The notes beneath the pieces were generated by a model. The model had not been told where the DNA came from and searched no databases. It saw only the letters and a program-made list of their open reading frames with translations. A DNA stretch of 64,000 bases, taken from contig OX597816.1 in assembly GCA_951406725.2 (NCBI GenBank), forward strand, positions 22,320,001-22,384,000, written 5' to 3'. Of this stretch, positions 1 through 12,010 are shown piece by piece. Source of the stretch: Octopus vulgaris (Eukaryota). Both the position numbers and the translations under genes were made by a program. Positions within the stretch are counted from its first letter, which is position 1. The number at the start of each line of letters is the position of its first letter.

Positions 1-104
1 AGGACTATGTCCTCTCTGAATTTGCGAACAGTGAAGTATAGACGATCGTCTTACCTCTCAGAGAGAGAGAGAGAGAGGGTTTATATATATATATATATAT
101 CCTC

Positions 105-465
105 TTGGGTTGGCAACAAATTTCCCGCCGTTTTTTAAATCTTGGAATTTATTGTTTTTAAATTTTGGAATCTATTTTTTCTAGTTAATTTTAGTTAATT
201 TTTGTTTATTTTCAGATCATTAAAAAATAATGTCAAGTTAAGAAAAATGAGCATTTTCGACACCTCCTTCTTTTTGCTTTTAATCAAGGTTCTAAGGCCG
301 CAAAAGCTGCTCACGACATTTGTGCTGTGCATGGAGAGGGTGCTATAGTTGAAAGAACCGCTCGTGACTGGTATGCCAAGTTCATAAATGGAAATTTTGA
401 CCTCAAAGAGCCACCTCGTTCTGGCTGTCCAGTTGAGATCGATGAAGAGCGATTAAACCAACTTA
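105..465 (+). mobile_element. Mariner (Tc1/mariner) 5' fragment: left TIR plus N-terminal HTH of transposase
   Basis: TIR-like TTGGGTTGGCAACAAATTTCCCGCCG at 105. From 246 it translates NEHFRHLLLFAFNQGSKAAKAAHDICAVHGEGAIVERTARDWYAKFINGNFDLKEPPRSGCPVEIDEERLNQL, the typical mariner/SETMAR HTH region. Truncated. Confidence 0.9.
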
Positions 466-1339
466 ATGACACCGAAATGGCTAATTACAATTTCTGACAA
501 GAGGTGTTTCGTATCTAATTTTCCTTTACCGTTATTTATTTTCCCATAACAATTTCTTTTGACTTTTTTCATTTTTGGAGCGTGCAGTATCGTTTATCGC
601 TTGGGTATACGTTTTCTCCTCGACTGAATTTATTGTACTTTCTTCCTCTCTGTCTATTTATTCTTATCCTGCATTTTCTTTCTTGTCTATTGCTAGTTCT
701 CTATCTAGCTCTCCCTCGCTTTCCCTCTTTCTCTCTATTTCCCTTTTTCTCTATCCCCTTTCTCTCTTTATCGTACCCCTCTCTATTTCAATCTTTTTGT
801 GCCTCTTCAGTATCTTTTCATTCTTCCAATTCCTTATATGGATGCTGACGTTGTTGGATTTATTCTCTCTTCACATTTCAACAAGCGCCTTTCTATCGCT
901 GAACTTTCTCTAATCCAGACATTATAAACTCACGGTTTCATTAGAACTAAGCCAAAAACTCATTTTATATTGCTTATTGTTGCCTCTTCCCTACTTTATT
1001 ACTTTGTCTTTTCTGTCTTATTATCTGACCGAATTGACTCATATTCTTTTGTTCCTTTCTTTCTATATATCTTTTTTCACCTCTTTCTTACACTTTACTC
1101 ACACCTAACTATAACTCAGACCAAAGTTACATTCTATTTCTCCCCTGGTGCTTACTTCCTCTCTGTATGGCCTTTTCAGTGCCAAAATGTAAAGCTAGGA
1201 ACATCGTCTTTTCCGTTTACAGTATTGCATGTAACACTTTTGCCTTTGTTTTGGTTTTTTTCTGATGTTACTCTCAAGCTTCTAAGTCACTTCATCTTTA
1301 CAGCCATTATACTAAATTTATCTTCAATCGATAAGAAGA

Positions 1340-3665
1340 AAGCAGAGGAAGCTTTACAAAAGATGAACGGTGAAGTGCAAAACATCAAGTCAGGAATGCC
1401 TGTTGAGAAGAATAAAAAGTTCAAGCCTTCAAACGAATCAAATGCTAAACATTTCAATACAAAGTACCAACTGTTGAAAAAGGTCTATGGTACACAAGAG
1501 TAATTTTTTGCTCTTGTTAAGGCCAAAGATGGATATAAGATCTGAAAGCAGTTAAATGAAATACAAGCTTGAGGGGAACACTATAGTGAGATTTTGAACA
1601 GGATAAGAGAGATTGGTGAAGCTGTGTCAGACCATAGTGGGCAGCTTTTATTAAAAGTGTGTTTCAATAAAGCTCCACATAAGGAAGAAATCAAAAAGCC
1701 ACATCGAAAATGAACAATGGGACATCACCAGGTATGGATGAAATACCTGCAGAGTTATTGAAATGTGGGTGAGATAAGCTGTATATTATGCTGTAAGAGG
1801 TTATTTCTCAGGTATGGGACCCCTGAATGAATTTAAGTCGGGTGAGATGCTTTTTCGGTAACCTGTTTAAGGAAGGGGAGAAATATGAGTGCTAAAACTG
1901 GTGCGGCATGTTGCTGTTCCTTATAGTAAGCAAAGTTTTATTAAGAGTTCTACTGAACAGATTATTTTCCTCGGTGTTAAATGATAATCTTCTGGATGCA
2001 GAATGTGATTTTAGAGGGCAAAGAGCAACAGGTGATATATTTTCTGCAGGAAAAGGGTATTGAGTAGAATCTTGAATTGTATCAATGCTTTTATTCATCT
2101 CACCAAGGCTTTTGCTGCGATGAATACATCAATGCTACGGAATGTAGTAAAGAAGCTTGGTTGTCTTAACAAATTTACAGACCCGATATAGTCTGTACTT
2201 GACAATATAAAAGTTATAGAGTAAATTAATGGTAATTTATCTGAACCTTTTCCAGTTGAAGGGTGAATAAAGTGAAGAGATTTTTTCACCAATGATTTTC
2301 TCTCTTTAAGTTACAGTAATATTCAATGGTACCATTAAAAGCTAACACTAAGGAAATCTACATCAGATTTCGTACCACGCAAAGATTGTTCAACATTAGA
2401 AGACAGTTACTAGGTATGTTTGAATCTTTTGTTAGGAAATGATTACATGTGCATGATTGTTATCTCATGCAGAACCTGATTACGGTTTTGAATGCTTATC
2501 AAGCCTTGGGATTAGAAATGATTTTGAAGAAAACAGAAGCTATGATTCAGGTTGCACCTGAAACAGGTTATGCTAAACCAAAGATATTAGGAGAAAGGAA
2601 TTAAAATTAGTGTAGGCTTTTACATATCAGGGAAAGAGATTCTGCACAGAATGAAGACTTCGACTGCTTTTAAAAATTTTGAAAGTAACATTTGGTCACG
2701 ACGTTTGACAAGAAAAATTTCCGTCTACGGAATTAGTATGCTAACAGCTCTATTGTATGGATGTGGAACTTTGATGACTTACAAACACCAAGGTGAGATG
2801 CTTCAGCTGTCTCACTAATGCTTTTTGAAACTTTAATACGCTCTTCAGTATATTATAGTTGCAAAACAAAATACAGTATACTTACAAGTCAACAATATTT
2901 ACGTACCAACTTCCAGGGATATGTTTCATATGCAAAATTGGTATATCTGGTAATGTTACACCGCTATATTCAGTGGCAATGAGTTCTTGGATAACCAATG
3001 GGTTGGATAGGTGTTGATGCAAGGGTAAAATCACTTGAAATATGTCGTACACCCGTTACCAATTTTCCATCTTCGATCACATAGTTGTTTACATTAGCCG
3101 TACTCGGATACGAAACCTCGAATCAAACTCAATGCTGGCTACGATTTTTATCGAAAATCTGTGGAGATAACTTTAACAAGGGCTTTATGAAATATATACT
3201 CAATATGAAGTAGACTACACATACCCTAGATGTCGCAGTTTTAGAGAAAGCTCAAATGTCAAGCATTGGAATCTCCAGCACTAGGAGTGTTCGCAGATGT
3301 AGTGGACATCGTGTATGAATGAGTAATGCCAGAATTTCAAACCAATTGCTTTATGGGAATCGAAACAATGAAAACGGAAATCCTCCAAACCCTAACTGTA
3401 GTACAAAGACATTCTAAAGATGAACTTGTAGCAATGTGCTATTTCATTTAAAAGCAGAGAAGAAGCTGTTGATAGAGCAAAGTGGAGAAAAACAATATTT
3501 GGTGGTGTAGCATTGAGAGGGAAAGAAATCAGCATGCGCCATACAAAAGAGCAATTCTAAAGAGGAAGTAAGCAACGACATCGAAAGATACGAACAAACG
3601 TAGTCAATGTGAAATATGTGGAAAATCTGTCTTTCTATCGCTGGCTTCAAGTGCTACATGAAATG
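1340..3665 (+). mobile_element. Degenerate RTE-clade LINE ORF (RT region and C-terminus), interrupted at ~2830-3180
   Basis: Frameshifted motifs KMNNGTSPGMDEIPAELLKCG, KVLLRVLLNRL, AECDFRGQRATGDIFS, FIHLTKAF, LLYGCGT, VLEKAQMSSI, MSNARISNQLLYG and C-terminal CEICGK. Many stops. Confidence 0.85.
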
Positions 3666-4224
3666 GTGTGATGATATGAATCAGGTGCAGTATTTGCCAT
3701 AACCTCATGTGTGTGTGTAAGTGCGTACACGCCAAAATCTGTGAGCGACCAAATAGCAGAGATAGCATAAAAATATACAAGAAAACATTTGCAACTAAAT
3801 AATATAATTTTATCATTTAAATACTAATACGGATTTCGGAATAACATCTGGAACATAAGCTTCAGAATATTTAGATAATTATTAAATAACTGTTATATAA
3901 GTATTTTCAAAGAATCACGAAGGAGATGTGTTGGCTATGTTAGCGATGAAACGTAAACCTTGTGTATCCAGTTATGTGGTTAGTATTGACAAACCGCGCC
4001 TTGGAAAATCATGTTTCATAAGTTTTAATCTGAGGATACTTACGTTAGTAGTTTGTTAAGAAAGATAAAAGGTGCCCAGTGGTAACGCATTACAAACCGA
4101 TATAAGTACGCTCACGTACATGTATGTAAGTATCTGAGACATGTGTGTTTGAGAATATGTGTACGAGTGTGTGTGTATTTGTGTTTGATCTTGAATGTGT
4201 ATGCGAGGTATATGCATATTTATG

Positions 4225-4266
<42 letters not shown>

Positions 4267-4275
4267 TATATATTT

Positions 4276-4371
4276 TTTATTTTATAGAAGGAGCTTCTAC
4301 AGGACTAGAACTGTTTCATTCAAATGAATGAAATAGTTCTAGTCCTGTAGAAGCTCCTTCTATAAAATAAA
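4276..4371. repeat. Near-perfect palindrome (46-bp arms) in a short repeat flanked by (TA)n
   Basis: TTTATTTTATAGAAGGAGCTTCTACAGGACTAGAACTGTTTCATTC-AAAT-GAATGAAATAGTTCTAGTCCTGTAGAAGCTCCTTCTATAAAATAAA, one mismatch (G.U in RNA). Confidence 0.95.
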
Positions 4372-4806
4372 TTAATTTACTCTGCCATGTATTGAGTACC
4401 TTATTTACTGTGGTTAACCCCGACTCAACCCGGGACCTACATATAAATATATATATATATATTTATTTATGACAGAGATGGTATGTGACAGCACGTGGTT
4501 GGATGTATAAAAGATAAAAAAGGCTGAAAATAACTACAGAAGGCTTGTGTTATATGGTTAAAGAATATATCTAAGTCGTTATGTTAGAAAAATGTTACAC
4601 ACAATACACATTCATATATGCATGCCTGTGCTTAAATATATGTTTGCCTTTCTGTATTTGTATAGTCAACTATATATACGTATATATATGTGTGTACGTG
4701 CGTGTGTAGATAAATATCCAGTAATACATACTCAGTGACACACGCACAGAAACTCAAAGACACACTCCCAAACAAACCCTTTTGTACTAATATAAATACA
4801 AATACC

Positions 4807-4847
<41 letters not shown>

Positions 4848-6477
4848 CTTTAGTTTTGTCTTCGACCGACTCTCATTATGTAGTCAGTTGTAAACCGTGC
4901 TAATGATAAGAGTGTGGAGATCATAATGGAAAATAAAGTCTGTGTAAGTTTAAACATATTCAAAAATAGAAAATTAAAATCCACTTACAATAAAATATAT
5001 ATCACTTGTAAAAATGTCACAGATAGATTTTGGTTAATTAATCTCCAATTGTTCTATTGAATGATATCGATTTATTAGATGAGATTCATTTAAATCAAAA
5101 CATTTGTAAGTAAGTAAACAACTACTTGACCTGCATTCGTGATATGATTGTTAAAAACTAAATTGACCTTAATATATCTTCAGAGTGCTTGGCTTGGTCA
5201 TTTATTAATATATCTGTTTCATTGCCAACAATAAATTTGATGCCACTGTGTCTAGTGAGAAATAGTGATTTTTATCTAAGTATTCACATATTTGTTTGTT
5301 TAAGTCATATTTATTTATTTATGCTTATTTACGTTGCTTATGATTCTAATTCATTTTTACCACGATAGCTCCAAGCTATTTTGTCGAATAGATTACTTAC
5401 GTGATTTTCTTTACTTTTTCATTTCAAAATATATCGTTAATTATCTTATTTACTGAACATAAAGGCATGACGCAATGTTTTGAAAAGCTATTATTAAATA
5501 ATTATAGCCACCTCAAGATATTTATTTCTAGTGTCAAGCGTAATATCACTATGAATATGCTTGAACCATTCACCGCCTCTTCACTTTCTTGCTCTCGGCA
5601 ATTATGTCACAAAATAGAAATGGAAGACGGATGATGGATTCACACATACATAATGTAATAAGGCTTCTGCTATTTAAATACATCTGAAGTTCGCAAACAA
5701 TGTCTTCCGGTTAAGTAATCAATATACATTATATAATATACTGAATTGTTTATATCCCACCACCCGTATTCTAAAACAATTGAATATATGTGCATCTACC
5801 TACACACAAACTGCCAGGCACACACACACGCACATCGCAATTTCATTATGTGTGAATATATCACTCACTTTTGTGTGTCGATGCACGAATTTCGCTCAAT
5901 TATTTGACAAATTGGTTAACGTTATTGGTAAGCCTCCAAAAGGGCAATACGCGTCAAACGTCTCCATAGGCTAATGCTTTGAAAATGTTTCTGTTCGATA
6001 TAGCGTTTTCAACACTACATGTCTATAAGCAGATTCCTTCTCCAACAAAAGTCACACCGCCGTGTCTTTTCACGGTGTACAAGCATTTACTTAGATATAC
6101 AGATACCTATCTTGATTTAATGCTGTTTTAATGGCGTTTATCGAGTTTTTAAGACTAGAAAGACTCATGCAATACTAGTGATTTTATTATTCCCTTTTTC
6201 TTACATCTCAAAGTACAAATCTGTTTTGAAGCATTTAAGAAGTGTGCGTTCGTTCTTGCAAACTCAATCAAAAGGCGAAAAATTGTCTAACATTCCGATG
6301 GGTCACTGCTGTAAAAATGTTCGTTTTCTTCCGATACATATTGTGTTTTAAAAATAACTTGACTTTGAAGAGATTTTGTCTCAGATAAAAACCATCATAG
6401 CATGCAATTCCACGGCTGTGTATACGTTTAATGACAGCGGTGCTTCCCTATTTGACAGCAGAGAGCAAAGCATTCTT

Positions 6478-6623
6478 ATTTCTAAACATAGAGGGGACAA
6501 ACAAGGACAGAAAAAGGGATTAGGTCGATTACATCGACCCCTGTGCGTAACTGGTACTTAATTTATCGACCCCGTAAGGATGAGAGGCAAAGTCGACCTC
6601 GGCGGAATTTGAACTCAAAACGT
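6478..6623 (-). mobile_element. SINE family B fragment
   Basis: Reverse complement matches the GAGTTCAAATTCCGCCGAGGTCGACTTTGCCT...GGGTCGATAAATTAAGTACCAGTTACGCAC body seen at 39679 and 58366. Confidence 0.85.
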
Positions 6624-6636
6624 ATATATATATATA

Positions 6637-7202
6637 TTGGGTTGTCCGGAAAGTTCGTGCCAATTTATAGTAGCTTAAATTTCGACTTATTTTAGAACAT
6701 GGTCGAGTCCATGAAATAGGATTTCACTACCCCTCCATTTAGAGCACAGTTTAAGCTATCTTTTCGTGGAAGAAGGTTTATGTTCCTATAACCTGTGTTA
6801 ATTCTGTAACCCTTTGAAATGGAAGATAAGAAAGTTCATTTTTGGCACTTGATGCTTTGGGAACCAGACAAAAATTGCTGCAGCTTGGTTGGGATGTGTT
6901 ACCCCACCCTCCATATTCACCAGATATTGCTCCTTCGGATTTCCACTTATTCAGGTCTCTACAGAATAGTCTTATTGATAAAAATTTCAATTCCTTGGAT
7001 GGCGTAAAAAGATAACTTGATGAATTCTTTGCCATGAAACCACCTCAATTCTGGGAAGAGGGTATTTTCAAGTTAAAGGAACGATGGAGACGCATTGTGC
7101 AACAAAATGGTTCATATTTGGTTGATGAAAAATGTAATGGCAAGTATTTATTGACCTTTTTCTTTCCTTTAAAAATCGGCACGAACTTTCCGGACAACCC
7201 AA
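6637..7202 (+). mobile_element. Internally deleted mariner with both TIRs
   Basis: ~30-bp TIRs TTGGGTTGTCCGGAAAGTTCGTGCC...GGCACGAACTTTCCGGACAACCCAA, inserted in a TA run. Internal QLGWDVLPHPPYSPDIAPSDFHLFRSLQNSL and EEGIFKLKERWRRIVQQNGSY (mariner C-terminus). Confidence 0.95.
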
Positions 7203-7220
7203 CATATACATATATATTGT

Positions 7221-7411
7221 CGCCATGATAGATCGGTAGCAACTATACACATTTTTCCTCTTCTTTTTTGTTTCTGTTTTCCTGTCTGCAGAAGAGCATA
7301 GGCTCTAAACGTAAAAGACTTTTTCAATTCCCAAGCGTTATACTAATACATCTGCTTGTTTTCTACATCACCTGTCTACGTCTTTGGTTTTTGTTTTTCG
7401 TGAATTCTCCC
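7221..7411 (+). mobile_element. Short repeat family E (putative PLE-derived, HHR-like core), copy 1
   Basis: Homologous to 14555-14710 (+) and 19540-19741 (-). Flanked by TA microsatellites. Confidence 0.8.
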
Positions 7412-8759
7412 TATATATATATATGTGTGTGTGTGTGTTTGTCTATATATTAAAATTAATAATATGTAAGAAAATTTATGTCAACAGGACATTATCGTTA
7501 GTAATACTAATTAGTGAACTTCTTACTGAACGTCTGAAAAAATTTAGCTGTTAAAAATGCTAGCAAAACGAAACGCGAAACCAAATTTTATCACTCGACC
7601 AAGAGCGACATCATTGAATAATTTAGTTTATGCAAATGAATTATAGAAAATAGCTTGCAACTTCCGTAATTTTTACAATTTGACATTTACGTAGAAAAAA
7701 GCAAAATATAGAGAATGAGAATATTTATCTATGAAAAATTAATGACGTCAATAGATATTGAAAGGATAAAATCTGCAGACAAGAATTCTACGTTTCGCTT
7801 AATAGATAACTAAAGAATAAAAACTACAGATAATAGTGTTGCAGATAGTAATAATAGAAACATATACTTTACGTCGCAATAATTAATTACCTATTTATTT
7901 AATAAACCTTTCTGCAGGAATTAAACTTATTTTATAATAACTGAAGAATTGTAATATTCAACAACATTTACAACCGTCGAGGATCTCACTAGATACTTTA
8001 AAAAAACAAAGAAATCGGGGAAGACAGCTAAATATCTAATATATTCATTATAATAGCTTCTTATATAGGAATTAAAATTATCATTTAATTGAAAATTTAT
8101 TATTATTAATAATATACAATTATTGGTGACTACGCTAGATAACTAAAAAATGAAAATAGCGGATAATTAACTATCAATTTTTATAATATACTCTTTTATA
8201 GGAAATATGATTATTGTATAATAATTGAAAAATTACTATAATTAATAATATATACAATTCTTGGTGATCTCGGTGGGTAATTAAAGAATAAAGATTAAAG
8301 ATAAAATTTTACGTTATGCTTAAATGAAGCTGTTGTAAAGCAGTCATTTGCCACTCTTGTATCTGTCTTTTGCTGACGGTTGTCATTCTGACAGATATTG
8401 TTATATTCGAATTAGTCAATAGAATGGTTCTATCTGGTACTGTACCACCCGCAGACGTACATTGTTATTATCCTCAAAAGGCTGGAACGTTATAACGTCC
8501 ACTCAGTTTTCACAGTATGATTCCTATATCAACAAAAACACGACTATCAACACAGTCTAAATGTATTCCCGACCTTCTGACCACCTCCTGTCAACCGGCT
8601 ACTGCTATATTTATAATGGCTGGTTACTACCACTTTTTACCGGGAGGGTGTACAGTTTCACTATACAAGAGAAGCTTCGATACTTTACATCGCTATTATT
8701 TATTACGTACTCATTATATGAAGCACTTTATAGAAGTTACCCTTAAAAGATTATAATAA

Positions 8760-9620
8760 TTAATAATTAAAATATTTCAATGACTTTATAAATTTAGTGC
8801 AACATCTTAATGTCAAGTGCTCATTAAAATTCAATAAAATTAATTTAGAAATACTTATTAAATATAATTCTCCGAGGCAGGAATCACAAGTAAAATATTA
8901 TACGATGGTGCAGAGCAAATAATGGACCACTTTAAATCATATTTAATATAATTATCCTTAAAATTCCAAATGCTTTTACGAGGATTAGAAGTATTACATT
9001 TTCTTCTATATTTATAGGAATTAGAATGATTATAAAATCTAGATTTCCAACTAGTAGCAGAAGAACCAATATACCAATGCTTACGATTTCTAGTTATTAC
9101 TCCACACTCATATACTATATTCTTCTTTAGACACTGATTTCGTATAGGGCATCGAGTTTTGTTTACACAATTACACATGGATTTGTTCGCTTGTAAACTG
9201 TCATCATAGTTATAAGATTTTCTACTTACACCCGTCATTAAAATACGAGTTCAGGTTGGATTACAACTATTACTATTATTATTAGAATTAATATTAATAC
9301 AGGGGAAAAGAATAATTATATTTTCAGCAATTTGATTATTCATAAGATTGATTTCACTGTACATATTATCAGATCTATAATTATTTATAGGTTTAGAATA
9401 TAAGTTTTCTCCAATTCTCAGTCTATTTTGTGCTGCAATAATCTCAGCTAAATTTCAAGAGATTGAATACGAAAACATAATTTCCTATATTTACTTGAAC
9501 GTGGGAAATACCTATTTATTGCTGCAAAGAATTCACGAGGGATATTAGAATCTACTGAATACGAAAGTGGAGCCTTGTGCCATATAACATTTGTTGATCT
9601 AGTCATTTTGTTATTTCTAT
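8760..9620 (-). mobile_element. Penelope-like element 3' ORF fragment (linker plus GIY-YIG endonuclease)
   Basis: ORF 8858-9238 reads CNCVNKTRCPIRNQCLKKNIVYEC...WYIGSSATSWKSRFYNH...IWNFKD...LKWSII. The upstream linker RSTNVIWHKAPLSYSVDSNIPREFFAAINRYFP resembles the PLE 'IIWFNPPYS' motif. Confidence 0.9.
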
Positions 9621-10269
9621 AAACTATTTTGTCTGTATTACTTTTATTAAAATTGAGTATCTCCTAATGTAAGTTTTATTAATATATTTGTAGTTTTTAA
9701 TATTATTACTATTATTATTGAGTGAGAAAGTAGAGCATTCCACCAAAGTGACACTATGGTAAAATAATAGGAGGCCCAATATACCCATCGAGGGTACACC
9801 AGGCATCACGACAATATGTGCACGACATGGTGATTTCATTTCAGGATAAACAACACATGACCTTGCAGGTGGGGTCCAGTTTGAATTTTCTTTGGGTCAA
9901 GTAGCCCAACCCGCTCAAAAGGGCCCTGAATAATGTTTGTTTGAGGATGAAGAAAACACCCATGTTTCCAGATGTGAATTATCTAAACCCCAAAGAATTC
10001 CACTCAACACTTGGCTATGATTCTCCCCTACTACTTCTGCTCGAGATCAGAGATGAGCATATCGTCAGCCACTAAGGGACATGCTCAACTATTTAAGGTC
10101 AAGCACCTGACAAGCAAATCTGTGGTATTGAGCAGAATATTTGCTGTAGCCCTTCTCTTATACTAAGAAAAAGCAATGTACTTGATACCACTTCCAATCA
10201 AAAGCCACGAGAGACACTGCCTGGTATTGCATCAGGGTATTTATTATTATTATTACTATTATTATTATC

Positions 10270-10900
10270 ATATACACTCAACAGATAGGACTGTTTGTAA
10301 AGAAAAGATTCCTAGGGCTACAACAAGTAGACTTAGATGCAAGAAACCCTTCTATTGGGTTACATCAAGTAATCTTAGATGCTAAGAACCCTCCTAAGCA
10401 TCCTAGCTGTCCCTAACAACACTGTTCTCTTGAGCTGTACTTTTATGCCTATTTCATCTATCCATCTGTTCAGGTCCTGAGGTTCCAAATGCACCTATAA
10501 CTACTGGGATACATTTTAGACACAATTTCCATAGTCTTTGTAATTCAATAGCTGGGTTCTGGTACTTTGCTATTTCCCTATACCTCACATATTACTTTTT
10601 TCATCATTTGGAAATGTGAAGTCAATTATCTGGCACTTTCTATTCTCTTTTTCTACTACTACAAAATGAGGCCTTCTAACTTTTATTAATCTGTTATTCT
10701 GAATGCTAAAGTCCAACAACATCTTGTACATTTTACTTTCTAGTACTTTACTAGTTTCATGTTCATACCATTTATCAGTATGTTCAAATCCTAGCTTTAT
10801 ACATAGCTCCCAGTAGGTTGCTTTCCCTAGATTGTCAGGTATTTTCTTGTATTATTTCTGTACCGGCATGCTGTTTTCTGCAAGCTTTATTGCAGCCCTT
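10270..10900 (-). mobile_element. R4/Dong-type LINE 3' fragment (restriction-like endonuclease domain)
   Basis: Minus strand reads DKWYEHETSKVLESKMYKMLLDFSIQNNRLIKVRRPHFVVVEKENRKCQIIDFTFPND...KYQNPAIELQRLWK..CIPVVIGAFG...VLLGTARMLRRVL. The 3' end abuts a (TAA)n repeat. Confidence 0.85.
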
Positions 10901-10977
10901 ATTTGTTCCATGTACGGGGAAGTAAACACACCAGCATCAGTTGTCAAGCGATGATGGGATGACAAACATTATATATA

Positions 10978-11370
10978 GGCGCAGGAGTGGCTGTGTGTTA
11001 TGTAGCTTGCTAACCAATCACATCTTGGGCATCTTGGGCAAGTGTCTTCTGCTATAGCCTCGGGCTGACCAATGCCTTGTGAGTAGATTTGGTAGACGGA
11101 AACTGAAAGAAGTCTGTCGTATATATGTATATGTATATATATGTATGTGTGTGTTTGTGTGTCTGAGTTTGTCCCCCTAGCATTGCTTGACAACCGATGC
11201 TGGTGTGTTTACGTCCCCGTCACTTAGCGGTTCGGCAAAAGAGACCGATAGAATAAGTACTGGGCTTACAAAGAATAAGTCCCGGTGTCGATCTGCTCGA
11301 CTAAAGGCGGTGCTCCAGCATGGCCGCAGTCAAATGACTGAAACAAGTAAAAGAGTAAAAGAGAAAAGAG
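10978..11370 (+). mobile_element. SINE family A (tRNA-derived head, CORE-like CTTGGGCAAGT, central microsatellite, (AAAAGAGT)n tail)
   Basis: More than 10 homologous copies in the window. An inverted fragment of the same family lies immediately upstream (10912-10968). Confidence 0.9.
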
Positions 11371-11591
11371 TAATGTATGTATATGCGTATACATACATAT
11401 TGATGTATATTTATGTATAATATACATATACGTTTTGCGATGGGTAAATTGTCACCATTTTATATATTTGATTTCGCGCATGTGCATTGTCTGCTTTTTA
11501 TTTTGTCGACTTTACAGTAGTCAGTTCTGCACCGACTGTGAGAAAAAACAACACCATGATGCAATGCATGCTGCCAGTGTTACTTATTTAA

Positions 11592-11751
11592 GGCGCACAC
11601 GTGACTGTTTGGTACGTAGCTTGCTTCCAAACCACATGGTTCTGGCTTCAGTCCCCTGCATGGCGCCTTGGGCAAGTATCTTTTGTAGCCTCAGACCAAC
11701 AAAATCCTTGTGAATCGATTTGGTAGACGGAAATTCGAAAGAAACCCGTTG

Positions 11752-11783
<32 letters not shown>

Positions 11784-12010
11784 TGTATATGTTTGTGTGT
11801 ATGTGTTTGTCTCTACCCCACCACCATCGCTTGAGAACTGAGGTTGGCGTGTTTACATCCCCGTAATATTAGCGGTTCGGCAAAAGAGACCGATAGAATA
11901 TGTACTGGGCTTACAAACAATAAGTCCTGATGTTGATTTCTTTGACTAAAGTCGATGCTCCAGCATGGCTGTTGTCAAATGACTGAAGCAAATAAGAAGA
12001 GAATAAAAGA
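11592..12010 (+). mobile_element. SINE family A
   Basis: Full-length similarity to the 10978 and 32284 copies. Confidence 0.9.

Noticed and set aside
575-1503. Hydrophobic ORFs resembling membrane proteins
   Set aside because: They derive from a CT-rich low-complexity tract running into a LINE relic.
10217-10240. U2 snRNA-like CCTGGTATTGCA
   Set aside because: Only a 12-nt match, with no other U2 features.
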